A DNA stretch of 64,000 nucleotides from Eledone cirrhosa (GCA_964016885.1 OZ024740.1:259284001-259348000), one strand, 5' to 3'; counted from the first letter of the stretch, positions 27,125 to 41,344 are shown. Notes: generated by a model from the sequence alone, not told the origin. Translations and numbers: made by a program.

Positions 27125-28272
27125 AACAAGCGTCAAGAAAACGACATCGGGTGGCAACAGGCCACTTTTCCGGTTCGGTATGGCGGCCTTGGCCTCCGGT
27201 CCCCGGTCCCCGGTCTCACTAGCTTTGCCGGCGTATCTTTCGTCGGTAACCTCGTGCCGCGTCCTCGTCAGCAGGGTTCTTCAAAACACAACAGAGCCCT
27301 CTGTATTCAGAGAACGTGAGGCCGCCTGTGAGACGTGGGACCGGCTGGGACTTAGCCCAGTAGACGTCCCTCCTCCTTCTCCCCCTGTTGACGTCAAGTC
27401 CCCCAATGCACTTGGGATGCCATCCAGTGCAGCCTCAGACAGACTCACGCGCCAGCTCGACCAGCACCGCCTTGCTTGTTTTCGTGCGGCTTCCAAACCC
27501 CACAGTGGTGCCTCGCTCCATGCCCTGCCTTCCTTCTCCACTGGCACGCAGCTAGACAACCATAGCCTGCGAATCGGTGTTTCCCTCAGACTCGGCCTCC
27601 AGATCTGCCAGCCACATCAATGTGGCTGCTGTTCCACCGTGGACTCTTTCGGCCTCCACCCGCTTTCCTGTCGCCACAGGTACGCCATGCTGCCCTCAAC
27701 GAGGTCATTAAGCATTCTTGGACGCTGCAGGCTTCCCTTCCCAGCTCGAGCCGGTGGGGCTGGATCGAGGAGACGGCAAAAGGCCAGATGGCATGACCAT
27801 CTTACCGTTCCGCGGTGGCAAACCCCTCGTCTGGGATGCCACTTGCACCGACACTTTCTGCAGCCGCAACCTGGTGCAGTCTGCGACTGACCCAGGTTCT
27901 GCTGCACGTCGGGCTGAGGGGGCCAAACTCCTCAAATACCGGTCGCTCTCCGACAGGTTTGCGGCCGTTCCCCTGGCAGTGGAGACTTCAAGTATTCTCG
28001 GCCCCAGGGCTACCTCCTTACTCACCACCATAGGCGCTGAGCTGGCCAGCGGCAGGTGTGAGCCCCGCGAGTTGGGGTGGCTTTTCCAGCGCGTCTCTCT
28101 TGCCGTCCTCCGGGGAAACGCCTTCTCCATTCTGTCCGCCGGGGCTGTGGGTGGGCCCTATCGCGTACCAATACATTAGTTAAATACCACTCTTGCATCT
28201 GATACTACACAATAAAGACTAAAGTGTTTAAAAAAAAAAAAAATTGATGTTGAAGTAAAAAAAAAAAAAAAA
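27125..28272 (+). mobile_element. 5'-truncated CRE-clade non-LTR retrotransposon (RT end, zinc knuckle, restriction-like endonuclease, poly-A)
   Basis: Across frameshifts: WQQATFPVRYGGLGLR; CGC...D..GLHPLSC; EP.GLDRGDGKRPDG..WDATC..KY..VPLAVET; QRVSLAV.RGNA. AATAAA at ~28210 and A-runs at 28229-28272. Confidence 0.88.
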
Positions 28273-28317
28273 TTATATCCACTAAATATGATAGTGCTCA
28301 GCCTTTTGATATTTCAT

Positions 28318-28545
28318 AGTTAGGTTAGAGCTTGGAAAGAGTTAGTGATGCATTTAGGAAATAAGCAGAGCATGTATATTCAAAATTATTTGAAAAAAAA
28401 TCAACTAACTTTCATTAAAACTGTTTTAACCTGTTTTAACAGTTTTAATGAATGTTTGTTGATTTTCCTTCAAATAATTTTAAATATACATGCTCTGCTT
28501 ATTTCCTAAATGCATTGCTAACTCTTTCCAAGCTCTAAACTAGCT
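28318..28545. repeat. Long imperfect palindrome (arms ~105 bp)
   Basis: TAGAGCTTGGAAAGAGTTAG...GCATTTAGGAAATAAGCAGAGCATGTATATT pairs with AATATACATGCTCTGCTTATTTCCTAAATGC...CTAACTCTTTCCAAGCTCTA. Confidence 0.9.
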
Positions 28546-28639
28546 TCTCTCATACATACGTGATTGCTGCCCCCCTAGTTATCGAGTATGGCCATTGCAC
28601 TATATACCATTATTAATAATTATTAATTAATTCTATCGT

Positions 28640-29098
28640 GCAATGCCTGTGCGTGAAGATATTTTTTAAAGTGAGGAAAGGACTGTGCACTGAGCCAATC
28701 CCACTCTCTGAGCGACAGTAGCTATAGCCCGAAGAGAAGAAAAGATCAACATCATCGGTAACTACTGAGCCGCAGGTTTTATGTCGGAGTTATCCCAGTT
28801 TCCTGCGTTGCCTTCTCCTAGAAGAATGCCCTGACAAAGGCTAGGGGTCCTTCACTCCCAGTGGTTTAACTGCGCGGTACATGTCTATATACATATTTAC
28901 ACACATTTGGATGGCCGTTGACTCTTATAAGTTCTTCCGCCCTTTGTCGGGTTTTGTTTTTTGTCCTGCACGGTGTCCAAAATCACCCTCCTCTCCAAGT
29001 AAACTTGGTGGGGTTGCCGGTTTAGTCGCCGACGACCCGACCATGCGACAGGTTGTACTGGGTTACATGTTACCAGTAGTACTCAAGAGTGACCCGAC
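28640..29098 (-). mobile_element. Repeat family X, diverged copy
   Basis: Colinear with 22315-22698; abuts (CATA)n. Confidence 0.7.
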
Positions 29099-29135
29099 AT
29101 ACATACATACATACATACATACATACATACATACA

Positions 29136-29168
<33 letters not shown>

Positions 29169-29339
29169 GCATACATACATACATACATACATACATACAT
29201 ACATACATTATATGTATATTTATATATGCGTCTCTGTGCGTGTATATATATGTAGGTATATATATATATGTGTGTGTGTATGTGTTTGTTACATATATGT
29301 ACATATATATATATATATATTCTCAGGGAAATGGGAAAA

Positions 29340-29560
29340 CTCGGCGTATGGGAGCTGTTAGAACAGAAAAATGCCGTCGCAATCGTGATGTAGTGAGTTC
29401 GACTCCCGGACCGGGTGATGCGTTGTGTCCTTGAGCAAGATACTTTATTTTACGTTGCTCCTTCTACCTGGAGTTGCGACCGATAGATAGTATTAGCAAT
29501 TGGAATGACCAATGGAAACATTGTTTCCTCGGTCTGATTTGACGAAAGTCGATCGTTCCT
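29340..29560 (+). mobile_element. SINE family B (tRNA-like head, GTCCTTGAGCAAGA core)
   Basis: B box GAGTTCGACTC; 3' part matches 50038-50255. Confidence 0.8.
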
Positions 29561-29699
29561 TGTATATGTATAACGTCATAAGGAACACATATATATTTAA
29601 ACATAAGCATAGATACATATATGCGTGTAGGCTATCTACAACAGTATGGCTCAATGAATGAATGAATTAAATAAATAATTATTAATCAGAGCTATATAT

Positions 29700-31190
29700 T
29701 AAAATTATAAGAACAGTCTCTGTATGTCTTTATCTTGTCCTTAATTACTAGTTGTGATGTTGCTATTCCACTCATGATTTCTGTTTAGTTTTGGTTGGAG
29801 TTCGTTTATGTCTGTGGCTTCTGTAAATTGTCGGAGCATTGCGTGTGTTCTGTGTGTGGATATAATTTTTATCTCTATGTTTTCTGTGCCCCAATGTTCC
29901 ATTCTGGAATGTTGATAGAGTACTGATGAGTTTTTCCCATCTTGGAGTTTTCGCCAGTGTTCTTTAATCCTTTCTCCTATGCTGCGAGCCGTTTCACCTA
30001 TGTAAGTTGTGTTCTTATTCCTACAATGTCCCTCAGTACATCTTAAGCTATATACTACGTTGCTTGTTTTGCAGTTAATATGTAGGCTTAATTTGAAAAC
30101 TACACATTTCCTATCAGTGCAGGGGGCTTTCTCAAAAGGATATGTTCTACTAATTAGGGCTTTTATGGAGATAACTGAATTTTCAACTATTTTAATGTTT
30201 AATTTTTGTTTGTCCAGAGCCCTTCTAAATCTGCAAGCTAGTTTGCCTCTGGGGTTGCATTGGCGAACATTATACTCTGATATTTATTGCTATCATACCA
30301 GGAGTTGATTTTATTAATATACTTCTTAGTTCTCTATCTTATTCCAAAATTTGCTCCTATACATGTGGAAAGTCTCATTCGCATCATTTTCTACAACCTT
30401 CTTCCATTTGACCCTGGCTCTTTTATACTCTCTGATCCTGTCTCTCTAATTGTAGCCAGAGAACTGCATGCGGTGGATAAAGTGTTGCATGTGTCTCTCT
30501 AATTCTTTAGTATTGCACATGCAGGAGACATTCTTCCTCACTCTGGCTAAGTCCACAATTCGTATGTTGACTTTCATGTTCGGTGGATCAGGTACCCGGA
30601 GGCCATGGGTTTGGTATAATGCAAATGGAGGATTTGTGTTTTATTACTAATGGTTTCTAACCAGAGTTCTGTGTCTAGTACAGGTAATCTATCGTTGGGG
30701 TGTTTGGTTGGGTAGTCTATGGTAACTTTATTACGCTGGTGATTGGAGTTAGCTATTTGCTGGGTACTATCCATGATGTTCCTCTCTAATTCCTGACTGT
30801 TCTCCTGCTAAGGTGTTTTCACTACAATGTTGATGTCATTTCCGTAGTGAGAGTACATAGTCAGGGTTATAAAGCTCTCATCTAATCGTTCTTTAAGTCT
30901 CCTCTCCCAACATACCATAGGAGGTTAGCTACGTCACCAGCAATACTGACTCCAACGGCTGTCCCTTCCTCTTGGGCAGATGTTTTGCCAATTGAACTTA
31001 GACATTACTTAGATAGCAGCCTCTACTCCACAAGGCCAGAGAGAGGCAGACCACCTACCATTACCTGAATTGCCAAGAAGAACCACACAGGAAGATGGAG
31101 CGGGTGGACCACAGCCATACGGAGACTCGAAACCCACTACCAAATAAAGAAAATGATCGCACATGCGGTAGGAGCCAGTATAAGACTAAC
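29700..31190 (-). pseudogene. Degenerate PLE (RT C-terminus + GIY-YIG), relative of 5755-6410, with a short inverted piece at the 5' side
   Basis: Minus strand YIGETARSIGERIKEHW at ~29955-30005 and LPVLDTELW at ~30660-30690. Multiple stops and frameshifts. Confidence 0.8.
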
Positions 31191-31327
31191 CCTTAAGGAA
31201 TATATGTTTATATATCCTGAAGAAAGGCTGAAGCCCGACACATCGAACCTTCTTTCCCCTTTTGCATATAAAGCGTGAAACTAATAATAAGACATTTTGT
31301 AACTCTGTTTTGTCGTATATGTATGTA

Positions 31328-31374
<47 letters not shown>

Positions 31375-31668
31375 CACACAAATGTTCGTTTGTATTTTCT
31401 ACGACGTTTCTTGTGTTAATGTTTATGTTTAGGTTTCTGTTGTTTTTCTTTCTATTGCTTTTATTGTGGTTGTCTCTGTGATCTGTTCTGTTAAAGACTC
31501 TTCACAGGTCTCCATGTGTGATCTCTAATCACATTGCCATTATATGCTACTTACTCTATCAAGAACATCTTTTGATACGAAGGTGGCCCATGAGACGAGG
31601 ATATATATGTATTATATATACATACATAATTATCTGAATGCATACTTGCATGTGTATAATATATATAT

Positions 31669-31700
<32 letters not shown>

Positions 31701-31725
31701 GTATATATGTGTGTATATATATATA

Positions 31726-31840
<115 letters not shown>

Positions 31841-31864
31841 CATATATATATATATACACACACG

Positions 31865-31899
<35 letters not shown>

Positions 31900-31937
31900 C
31901 TTTCTCTCTTTCTATATATATATAAATATATATATAT

Positions 31938-31990
<53 letters not shown>

Positions 31991-32049
31991 TACTTATATA
32001 TAATTTTCTGTAACCTTTGATTTGTATAGAACTTTACCCCCTTTTCAAC

Positions 32050-32121
<72 letters not shown>

Positions 32122-32617
32122 TTTACATATACATATACATGTGCATTTATATATATATATATATACATATAAATATAGACAGATATATTTATATATAGGG
32201 CAAAGCTTTTGCAGTAAACTTTGGTAAAAATGTAAAGATTTTTATCAAGGTCTGTTTATTACATTTCATTCACCTTCTGCCATTTTCTCTGAGACATTGT
32301 TCACAATCTAACCTTTAGTCTTTCTGCATTAATAAGATGAAAGCTAGAGGCGTGTGCGTGTGGGCGGGGTGTTGCTGTGTGGCTGCTTGCCTGGCTGTTT
32401 GGATGGATGGATGGTTGGTTGGTTTGCTGATTGGTTGCCTGGTTAGTTGGCTACCTCATTTGGTAGCTGGTTGGCTATCTGGCTGTCTGCTTGCCTGGCT
32501 GGCTGGTTGGCTGGCTGGCTGGCTGGTTGGTTGACTAGCTGGATGTCGTATTGGTTGTGTGCATGGTTTGTTGGCTGTTTTGCTGGTTGGTTAACTTGTT
32601 ATTTGGCTGGTTGACAC

Positions 32618-34545
32618 AGCCTTTCCGCGTCCTATTTCAAGCGGGATACTCTGCAACTTTGACCACCGAACAGATGCCGCTCTGTATTGCAGCAATCCAG
32701 TCTCTGGAGACGGGACTGAAGCCAGCTACCTTGAGGACAGTCTCCAGGCATCAATGATCGACTCTATCGAAAGCTTTCAATTGATCTAAATTGATCAGAG
32801 CCCCACCGAATCCAGGTTTGCACCCTACCCTCTCTATGATGCATCGCATAAGGTAGAGGTTGTCGTGTATGGACCTAAACAGTATTGCGCAGGTTTGCGC
32901 CTACTCTACGAAAATCCTCGATGTCAAGCACCAACCAATTCGGTAACACTTTGGGCAAAATCTTAAACTGTGTTCAGCAGATTTATGGGTCTGAAGTTAT
33001 CTAAAGTATCCCTCTTGTTCTCGTCTTTCCTTATCAGTGTCACTACGCTCCGGCTCACAGAACTGGGAATACTCCCGTTCTGCTGCCAGTTGCAGTAGAG
33101 CGCTTCGGGGAGCTCGGAGAACAATTCTGGCAGTTCTATGTAAATCTCGTAGGGCAGACCATCCAAACCGGGTGACTTTCACCTAGTGCAGCCGACACGG
33201 GCATCACTAATCTTGGCTGAAGTTATCGCCCTTTCGCAGCGTTCAGCATCGGCTGTCGGGAGACGCGATAAGCCATCGAGGTAGGGACTGAAGTCCACTA
33301 CCGTCTCTGACCCGCCACTTCCCCCGAACAACCGAGCAAAGTGTTGGCGAAAGGCCTCATACATCCGCCTGGAATAGTTCAGCTCGTATCCATCTCGGTG
33401 CGTCAAAGATCGAATTGTTGTTTTATTACCACGCTGTGCCTCTGCCACGCGGGTCCATTGAAAAGCTTTGGTTCCCTCTGTTCTCAGAGCACGCGCTGTG
33501 ACAATTCAACCTTCGTGTTTCGCATTGAAGAAATGGCCTAATGCCATTCTCGCCGCTAGTACGTCAGTTGCAATTCCACTACAAATAGCCTCGACTAACT
33601 TAGCTACCAGCTCCCCATCCTTTCTATTTTTCTCTAACGCTACTTCTTTGCTGAATCCTATCGAAATTACTCTAATATCTCATTTGAGAGCCCCCACCAC
33701 CTGTTGTTGGCGACCCACCCTTCAACTTTTGTTTAACTAAATTGTTGACCCAGTCCCTGTAAGCCTTACGTGCCGGAAATGACATGTTTAGCTTCCAGTA
33801 TACAGGTCCTAACCTACGCGTCTTATCTAGGTCGACCATCTGAATAGGCGACCGTTTTAAAACGTGGACAGCCTACGTTATTCTTACCTATTATCCTAAT
33901 GAGAATCCTATCTATAAACGATCTAGATGACCCTATGCTGTTGGTCCAGGTCCATACTGGCGCATTACGAAAATCTAGTCGGTACCTGTCAGACAGTTAG
34001 AACAAGCTGATCAGGTACTTAGGCTTTTGCACCCCTCGCTCCTATCAACTACTCCCACACAATCACAGCATGCGTCTAAGATGTCCTTCCAGTCCGCCGC
34101 TAACAGTAAAGGTTGAGACGTTCCCAGAAAGGCTTCCATGCACCTAAAGATATCTGGTCGCTCGGCCCCGGTTGGGGTGTCGGCGGCCATAAGATCCACT
34201 TTACCTCAAGATCCAGGCTTTTCCTAAACAGGACTTTTACCATACCTCCCATTCCCGGCCGACTAAGAGATGCAAAGATCTGATAGTCGTCGAAAATGGT
34301 GGCTAATGCGCGTGTGTCGGAAATCCTGGTCTCGCTGACGGCAATCACATCCATATTTAGTGACTTGCGGAACCGTCACCTTTTAGAGACGGATGTGGTC
34401 GGGGGGGGGTCAGGTCTTAAGGCCTGATCTGGAGAAGTATATCTAGATAAACCTCGGACCAGTCCTCCCTGGCTGTCCAGGCTCCCTCGATCAGGACGAC
34501 ATCTGTTCCCTCTACAATCACTCATCTTAGGAGCCTTCTCATATC
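32618..34545 (-). pseudogene. Diverged L1/Tx1-type LINE fragment (APE endonuclease + RT N-terminus)
   Basis: DVIAVSETRI, GLDGLPYE-like, NFRPINLLN and LINLDQ.KAFD; colinear with 43960-45950. Confidence 0.85.
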
Positions 34546-34681
34546 TAGTCTAAAACTAATAATATATTCATTGTACCGTGTTGTTTGCTTTGTTGTTTCT
34601 GTTTGCCTTTTGCATAAGCGTTAACCTAATATATCCCTTCCATATACTGTACCGATTGGGTTGTTATTTCTGTTTACCTTT

Positions 34682-34739
<58 letters not shown>

Positions 34740-34741
<2 letters not shown>

Positions 34742-35009
34742 CAGACGGATATTCAATTTGTTGGTAATTCAACAAATATAAATGTTTATAACTGATCGGA
34801 GCACTCAACAGGTTTTCTGGAGTATAATATTCAAGTGTGTTTTATAAATTTTGAACCGTTAAGGTATTTTCCTTGGTTATGTCAAAATTCATATAAAACA
34901 CACTTCGTATTTTATCTGATGAAAGCGTACCAAAGTTTTGGTACCCTTGAAATATATATATAATAGAATAAATATGGTTTTATAAATATAGTTTCCATTT
35001 ATTTAATAT

Positions 35010-35014
<5 letters not shown>
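34740..35014. mobile_element. ~270-bp mini-element made of two opposed Hydra-like pLTR ends, inside (TA)n
   Basis: 34745-34830 resembles 18100-18185. 34900-35010 resembles 21530-21640, which has the opposite polarity. Confidence 0.7.
34908..34970 (+). ncRNA. Type I hammerhead ribozyme
   Basis: TATTTTAT-CTGATGA-AAGCGTACCA/TGGTACCCTT-GAAA-TATATATA-TA-ATAGAATA. Shows compensatory changes relative to 21538-21602. Confidence 0.85.
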
Positions 35015-35091
<77 letters not shown>

Positions 35092-35224
35092 AAAATTAAG
35101 ATAAATCAAAATAAATTTAATCTAAATCAAATTATGGGTGTCATGCCAGAAAGGCATGCGCCATATCACCCGTAAAATAAGCTCCAAGATTCTAATGAAT
35201 AGGTCCGAGCATTGTATAACAACT

Positions 35225-35406
35225 AGAAAATTTCAACTTCTTCATACTAGAAGAAATATGATATATGATAAAAAATATATAATAAAGTTAAGGTGTATAT
35301 TATTATAATTAAAAGAGAATATTAGAAAACATAGTGTACATATATATAGATTCATATTTTGTGATTGTTTCATATGTTTATTTATATGTTAATCAATTTC
35401 TAGTTG

Positions 35407-35491
<85 letters not shown>

Positions 35492-35690
35492 GAAAATAAG
35501 AAGACAGTAATAGAATTTTATCATAGAAAAACAGAAAAACATTTTAGTACCAGTTTCAGCCGATGAAAATTTCGACTTCTTCATACTAGAAGAAATAGGA
35601 TAAAAAATATATAATAAAGTTAAGGTGTATTTTATTATAATTAAAAGAGAATATTAGAAAACATAGTTTACATATATATATAGATTCACA

Positions 35691-35692
<2 letters not shown>
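35225..35692 (-). repeat. Two direct copies of a pLTR-like segment with a degenerate hammerhead (35545-35589)
   Basis: 35225-35360 repeats at 35565-35692. Minus strand reads aTGAAGA-AGTCGA/TCGGCT-GAAA-CTGG-TA, with core C3 mutated. Confidence 0.55.
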
Positions 35693-35727
<35 letters not shown>

Positions 35728-35747
35728 TTCTCTATCTATCTATCTAT

Positions 35748-35940
35748 CTCCCTCTCGCCACCAATGTTGTCCAAGGGAAAGGCAATGGTTGATACAGCTT
35801 GGCACCAGTGACGTCGCAGCCCATTTCTACAGCAAAGTAAACTGGAGCAATGTGAAATAAGGTGTCTTGCTTAAAAACACAACGCATCACCTGGTCCGAG
35901 AATCGAACTCTCAACCTCTCAATTGCAAGCCCAATGCACT
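35748..35940 (-). mobile_element. SINE family B copy
   Basis: Reverse complement of GAGTTCGATTCTCGGACCAGGTGATGCGTTGTG..AAGCAAGACAC; body shared with 51203-51550. Confidence 0.8.
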
Positions 35941-35998
35941 CTCTCTCTCTATCTCTCTCCCTATCTCTCTCTCTCTCTCTCCCTATCTCTCTCTCTCC

Positions 35999-36250
<252 letters not shown>

Positions 36251-36263
36251 ATAAATATATATA

Positions 36264-36294
<31 letters not shown>

Positions 36295-37683
36295 CTTGCG
36301 TATGAATATAACAGTCAGGAAAGGTAGATAGAAATCTGAGGTATCCTGTGACTGTTTATGTTGTGGTTGGTATCTTTGAAAGTTTGGTTTAATAAAAGGT
36401 CTCCTTGGTAACATCTCGTCTATGAAAATCTCATTTTGCTATCTTTGAACTTATCTTTCCTGAAATATCGTTTCCAAATTATATCTCATTGAGAAAAATC
36501 TCTGGGAACCATCATGTAGAAAGCAACAGTCGCTAGAATAAAGGAATTCAATAGGAAAATTAGATTTCTTCAGCAAACAGACGCATTATATTTTCTAAAA
36601 CGTATATATCTTTAACAGTCTGCTCAGTTCTGCCATAGAGGTGCCAAGTTGTCTGCAGTAAGTTATTAATACGAACCATGACCAACTGACTTCTAGGTAT
36701 TTCACTGCAAAAACTTCACTGAATCTATGCCAAATGATAAGGCATGCCATTATTTCGTTGTGTTGGCTGCTTATACACTACACTTTGTCCGACTGAAAAG
36801 CAAAGAAACCATTGTTTGAATTGAATGCAAATAGCGATGGCGTCAGAAGGAAAGCGCATGACGTCACCAAGACTAAGCAAACACTATATCAGACTATATT
36901 TTGAGACTGCACGACCATAGGTAATGTGGCATCAATAAAGATAACTGTCGATTAAGGTCTACTTCGCCATTAATTGTTAGCGGTCATTTTGTTTTAACCA
37001 GATTAACTCTAGACCTACATCACACTAATCAATAGATTCAGGAGCAGGGTTTTTAATGTTTTAAATACAAAAACAATTTTAAAACAAACGTTTTCAAACC
37101 TTTTTAGACATAAGCCAATAAGGGATCCCCTGTCGATCTGTTAGTAATAGTAGCTACATTCCTTCAAATCACAGAGTATGACATTTCGGATATTGTGGTC
37201 CCTGGTGAGGTGAGGTGGTCACAACTTGAATGCTTTTGATCGTAAATCTGCTTGGTTAAGGTTGACCTGGAGCTACAAAAACATTGCATCCGGGAGAAGG
37301 TAAGCGTTGACGAAATATAAAGACATTGAAATGCATCCGCCGCTCTTACCTTGTACGTTGAAAAGAGTGTGACATGTGACATGTTCGGGACTTAAATAGA
37401 GTAATTCTCGAAGTACGTTTACTATACGTAAACATGTTGTATTTGAATTAATACACTCTTCTATTCTGCATCACGCTGTGTTAGTGCTATCAAGCATGCC
37501 GATTAAGCATGCACCATATGTAAACTCGCGCTGACAACATGTAAAAACCTTGAAATGCTTCCACCGATCGTTGCCTGGTTACTGAGAAAGCTGTGACATA
37601 TTAACAGCTTTAATAGAGTGAGACTAGATGTATGTTTAGTATGTGTAAACATATTGTAAATGGGCTCATATAGAACTTTATGT

Positions 37684-37812
37684 GAAGGCGTGTGGCTTAG
37701 ACGTTCGGGTGTTCAGCTTATGATCGTAAGGATCTAAGTTCGATTCCCGGTGGTGTGTTGTATCCTTGAACAAGACACTTTACTTCACGTTGCTCCAGCC
37801 AACACAGCTGTA
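37684..37812 (+). mobile_element. SINE family B, truncated
   Basis: GAAGGCGTGTGGCTTAG...GTTCGATTCCCGG...CCTTGAACAAGACACTTT. Confidence 0.75.
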
Positions 37813-38244
37813 AAAAAATTAGTTCTACCTATATTTCAAAATCAGTCGGTCAGGCCATGGTATTTAACTATCTTCCTCTCCTCTGTTTTAAATGGGGACA
37901 AAGGACACCATAGGTCTCGACGGAGACGGGTACAAAGAGGAAGCAGTCGGTCAGGCCATGGTATTTAACTATCAGCCTTGTCACACTTTATGCCATGCTC
38001 AATTAGCCTAATAAGGGCACACATATTAATTCCATGACCAAGCTTTTCCATTGTTCAAAGAACTGAACTTCTTATCGTCCAACCTGGCGGAGCTCCAACA
38101 CACCTTTATAATGTAGAAAAACTCCCGCTGAGATATTACCTTGATGGGAGACTATATATGCTCTCTGGTTCGAAAAGACGCAAGCATTCACAAAAGAAAA
38201 ATTCGATATTCAAAGCACTTTTAATTTTTAAACTGTTCCGTATT

Positions 38245-38610
38245 TTCCGAGTTTCACAATTAGTTTATTTGTTTTTAAATACATTTATTTGGAAAGTTGT
38301 TCATCAATGTAAAGGTAAAATTCTGAGTTTGTCAATTACTTTATTTGTTAAATACAATTATATGGGAAAAAATGTTCAACAAAGAAAATTTTAAAATATG
38401 AGTTTGGTAATTATGTTATTTGTTAAATACATTTGTTTGAGAAATTTTGAACGAATAAAACATGAAATTCCGAGTTTGTCAATTATTTAATTCGTTAAAT
38501 ACATTTGTTTGGAAAATTTTGAGCAAAGAAAACATCAAATTATGAGTTTGTTAATTATTTTATTTGTTAAATACATTTATTTGGAAAATTTTGTACGAAT
38601 TAAATATAAA
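38245..38610. repeat. AT-rich minisatellite, ~72-76 bp x5
   Basis: GAGTTT...AATTA...TTGTTAAATACATTT..TTGGAAAA recurs at ~38249, 38325, 38400, 38472 and 38544. Confidence 0.8.
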
Positions 38611-39009
38611 ATTGATTTATTTTTCTCGCAACATAGAAATAAAAATGAAGTCAACACCTTGCTCTGGGTTACAGTTGCTTTATATAAATACTAAATATAA
38701 AATTAAAATTATTTTTGAAAATATCAATGGCAGGTGAAAACTAAGATCATTTTTTTTTTTTTAGTTCAGTACCAACAAAAGTATATATTCATGTTGAAGT
38801 CGATTTTTATTCTTAATTTATGAAGTCGACTATTACATGGTTACTACTTTTAGACTACAATCTAAAATATTGTACCAATAAATAGAAAGTCAAATTGACT
38901 CTAGATGAATGAAAAGAAAACAATCAACTACCGTAGTAATTCTGATATTTCTTTGTAACAAATTATGCTTCGTTCGACAAAACTAGATAAATAAGGTTGT
39001 ATACATACA

Positions 39010-39370
39010 TAATGGTTTTTGATTTAGATACAATTCCAACAATTTGGGGGTGGGGAGAACTCGATTAAATCAACTCCAGTGCATTACTGGTACTTCATTT
39101 TATCGGCCTCGTTAGGGTGAAAGGCAAAGCTAACCTCGGCAGGATTTATAATAATGGTTTCTGATTTAAGCATAAGGCCTTCAAATTTGGGGAGGAGAAA
39201 GTCGATTAAATCAAACCCAGTACGTTACTGGTACGCTATTTCATCAACCAAGTAAGGATGAAAGGCAAAGCTAATCTCGGCGAGATTTGAAATCGAAACG
39301 TAAAGGAACGTAACAGTACGCCGCAAAGCATGTTGTCAAACGCCCTAACTATTCTGCCGATCCACCGCCC
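39010..39370 (-). mobile_element. Two tandem SINE family A copies (one complete, one 3' fragment)
   Basis: GAAAGGCAAAGCTAA.CTCGGC occurs at ~39119 and ~39260; the head ends ATCCACCGCC at 39369. Confidence 0.8.
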
Positions 39371-40109
39371 TTTATTTAGGATAATAATAAAACCATTTGC
39401 TCTAAAAAGAGTACCGTTTCGTTTACTTATTGGGATTTTCAATACTGCATCATTGAACAATTTAAAGTAATTCTTGACACTGTTTATACTTTTAATAGAT
39501 TATGCAAATCACTTCGGGCACTGGGGACAGCAGGTGACCGAGAGGGAATGGCCGGTGACATTACCACTGGACACAACAGAGCAGTTGACAGCAAGTGACC
39601 GTTCTTGATAACCGGAGACAATGCCACTAGGCACTGCGAGACAGATGACAGCAGATGGCCGAGACCTAATAACAGGAGACAATACCACTAGGCACTCCAT
39701 GAGAGTTGACAGACAGCGCAAAGCAAGTACAGTTGGTAGCAGGCGACCGATAACAAAGGATCGGAGCCAGTACAACCGGGCACAAGGCCCCGCTGGGCAC
39801 TGGGTGAAGCAAGGCACTGGGTGAAGCAAAGCACAGGGTACAGCTGGCTGTATAGCAGAAAACATATTTCAGCAGGCTGCCACGAACATCAAACTGGCAA
39901 ACGGAACAGTGAACAATTGTCTTTTTTTTTTCGACTACTTAAATTGCATTTTATTTTACAAAGCTGTTTATACAAAACACACTATTAATGGGGGCAAAAA
40001 AGAAAGAAAGAAAAGGAAATGAAAAGAAGAAAAAGAATGAAGAAACAAGCAAGAAAGAAGGTGAGAGCATGAGAGACAGACACAACACCCCAGTCTGAGC
40101 GATGCCTCA

Positions 40110-40385
40110 GACGCACTCCGCGGACAAAATTGCAAAGGCATTACTGCGGAGAATGGCCAAAGACACCAGCTACAACAGCTACACCATCCTCCTCAAGCAG
40201 CCTGCTGCCTTTCCGATTTTACGGCGTCAATCAGCAGTGCGGGAACCAAGCACACCATAGGTCTCGATAGAGACGGGTACAACGAGAAAGCAGTCGGTCA
40301 GGCCATGGTATTTAACTATCTTCCTCTCCTCTGCATTGCGGGCAGCGGAACCTGGGTTTGTGGCCGAAACGACAAGATTGAGTAG
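40110..40385 (-). pseudogene. CRE-clade endonuclease fragment
   Basis: NLVVSATNPGSAARNAEERKIVKY.GL...VPVSIETYGVLG...VSLAILRSNAFAILS, homologous to 27870-28140. Confidence 0.8.
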
Positions 40386-40842
40386 CATTCGAGCCCTGAA
40401 AGCAAGACTCCAAAACAAATTACACTATGCAGTTATATAGTGTAATTTATAGTGGTATCTTTAAAGTTATATTTTGTTCTTGTTTAACAGTTTACCAGCT
40501 TCTTCATTTCAAATTTCACTTAAATTTTCAAAGCATTTGCACGAATTGGTCGTATTTATGACCACGAAAATGTTTGGTAAAGTAAAAACAAGTCACTGTT
40601 AATATATATATTCTCAACCTCCACATTGTGTGTTGATTGTTCTTTCGTTTGTATCCAAGTGTGTGTGTGTGTGTGTAAGTGTAAAGACAGGCAGACAGAC
40701 AGACAGACAGACAGACAAAGCCGCGGTTGTGAAGAGAGGCAGAGAGGCGTTGAGAGGAAGAATGAATAACAAAGACATAGTCATGGGAAGAGTCAGAGAA
40801 AGAGAGACAACGACAGTCATTGAGAGAGAGGGGAGGTAAACG

Positions 40843-40943
<101 letters not shown>

Positions 40944-41073
40944 GGGGGAGAGAGTGAGGGAAGGGGTAGACAGAGAGGTGAGAGAGAGAAAGAAAGAGTC
41001 ATTGAGAGAGTATAAATATATATATATGCATGTATGTATGTATATATATATATATGCATGTATATATATATAC

Positions 41074-41105
<32 letters not shown>

Positions 41106-41136
41106 GTACATATATACATATATATACATATATTAC

Positions 41137-41203
<67 letters not shown>

Positions 41204-41298
41204 TATATACGTATATATATGTACATATATATATACATATATATATATACATAATATACATATATATATGTATATATATATAGAGAGAGAGAGAAGGG

Positions 41299-41344
<46 letters not shown>

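Noticed and set aside
38245-38610. Regularly spaced repeats (also 50920-51037 and 58000-58315) as a possible CRISPR array
   Set aside because: The units are tandem with no unique spacers, there are no cas genes and the context is eukaryotic.
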